64,000 bases of DNA from NCBI GenBank assembly GCA_965202585.1, contig CBDBBG010000278.1, positions 1 through 64,000 of the forward strand, in the 5' to 3' direction. This document shows positions 63,445 to 64,000 of this stretch, in pieces. Made by a program: the position numbers and the translations under genes. The notes under the pieces were generated by a model. The model did no database searches and had not been told where the DNA came from. It worked only from the letters and a program-made list of their open reading frames with translations. Position 1 is the first letter of the stretch; each line of letters opens with the position of its first letter. The DNA comes from Thalia democratica. Taxonomy: Eukaryota.

Positions 63445-64000
63445 ATACTTATCTTCCTTAATTTCATTATCTTTTTCTACTAACACCTGTTTTTCCCCAG
63501 CTTAATATTAACAAAATAATTTAATTACTTTCTTTATCAATATTTAATTGTCTTAAAATCAGTTTAAGTTTTTTTCATTAAAATAAATATATATTTCAAA
63601 ATGTTTGTTTGCAGTAATAATGATATGTGTTTTTTAAATATTTAATACTAGAATTGAAAAACGATGAAAAGAAATGTAAATTGTTTTAGTTTAGTTTTTT
63701 ATTGTAAACAGGTCGTTCTTAAAAATCTGTGTTAGTTACCTAGGTTATTTTATATACTTTAAAGGATTTATGACAAAGTATTGTAAAAAAAATACAGAAA
63801 ATGACTCAGTTGTTTAATCAGTAACATACGAGTGTAAACAGTACAAGACCAAGGAAATTAAAGTATTTTTTATGACCATATGGCGTTAACAATTATCAGA
63901 TTAACAACAACTTTAAAATATGAGGTTTGCACCAGATTGTGACCTTTCTGGTTGAACTCTAATTAAAAATATATTAATTTGCTTGGTTTAAGTTTAATAC

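Overview
Very AT-rich, intron-dense animal genomic DNA. A tunicate/ascidian origin is plausible from GTTAGT-type donors and TGACGTCA-rich introns, but this is inference only. I assembled five spliced protein-coding genes by hand. (1) The 5' part of a WIPI1/2 (Atg18)-like gene on the minus strand, with an apparent 1-nt frameshift. (2, 3) Two tandem paralogues on the minus strand encoding 221- and 222-aa basic secreted proteins with six conserved cysteines, of no family I recognise. (4) A 57-coding-exon, 7494-nt ORF (2497 aa) for a type I membrane receptor: signal peptide, 5 C-type lectin domains (CTLDs), discoidin, discoidin with a kringle nested inside it, LCCL, 7 more CTLDs (one with a fibronectin type II domain nested in its long loop), trefoil, transmembrane helix and an FSNP tail. 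(5) A 219-aa membrane protein with two four-cysteine EGF-like modules. Non-coding features include a 1753-bp hAT-type non-autonomous element with a perfect 8-bp target-site duplication (TSD), a 420-bp Mutator/foldback-type MITE with a 9-bp TSD, and several palindromes. The most unusual signals are the two domain-within-domain insertions, more than a dozen decayed copies of exon-intron junctions lying beside the real junctions (differences skewed to third codon positions, two forming in-frame microexon candidates), TGACGTCA clustered at splice sites, and exon-by-exon swings in GC3.
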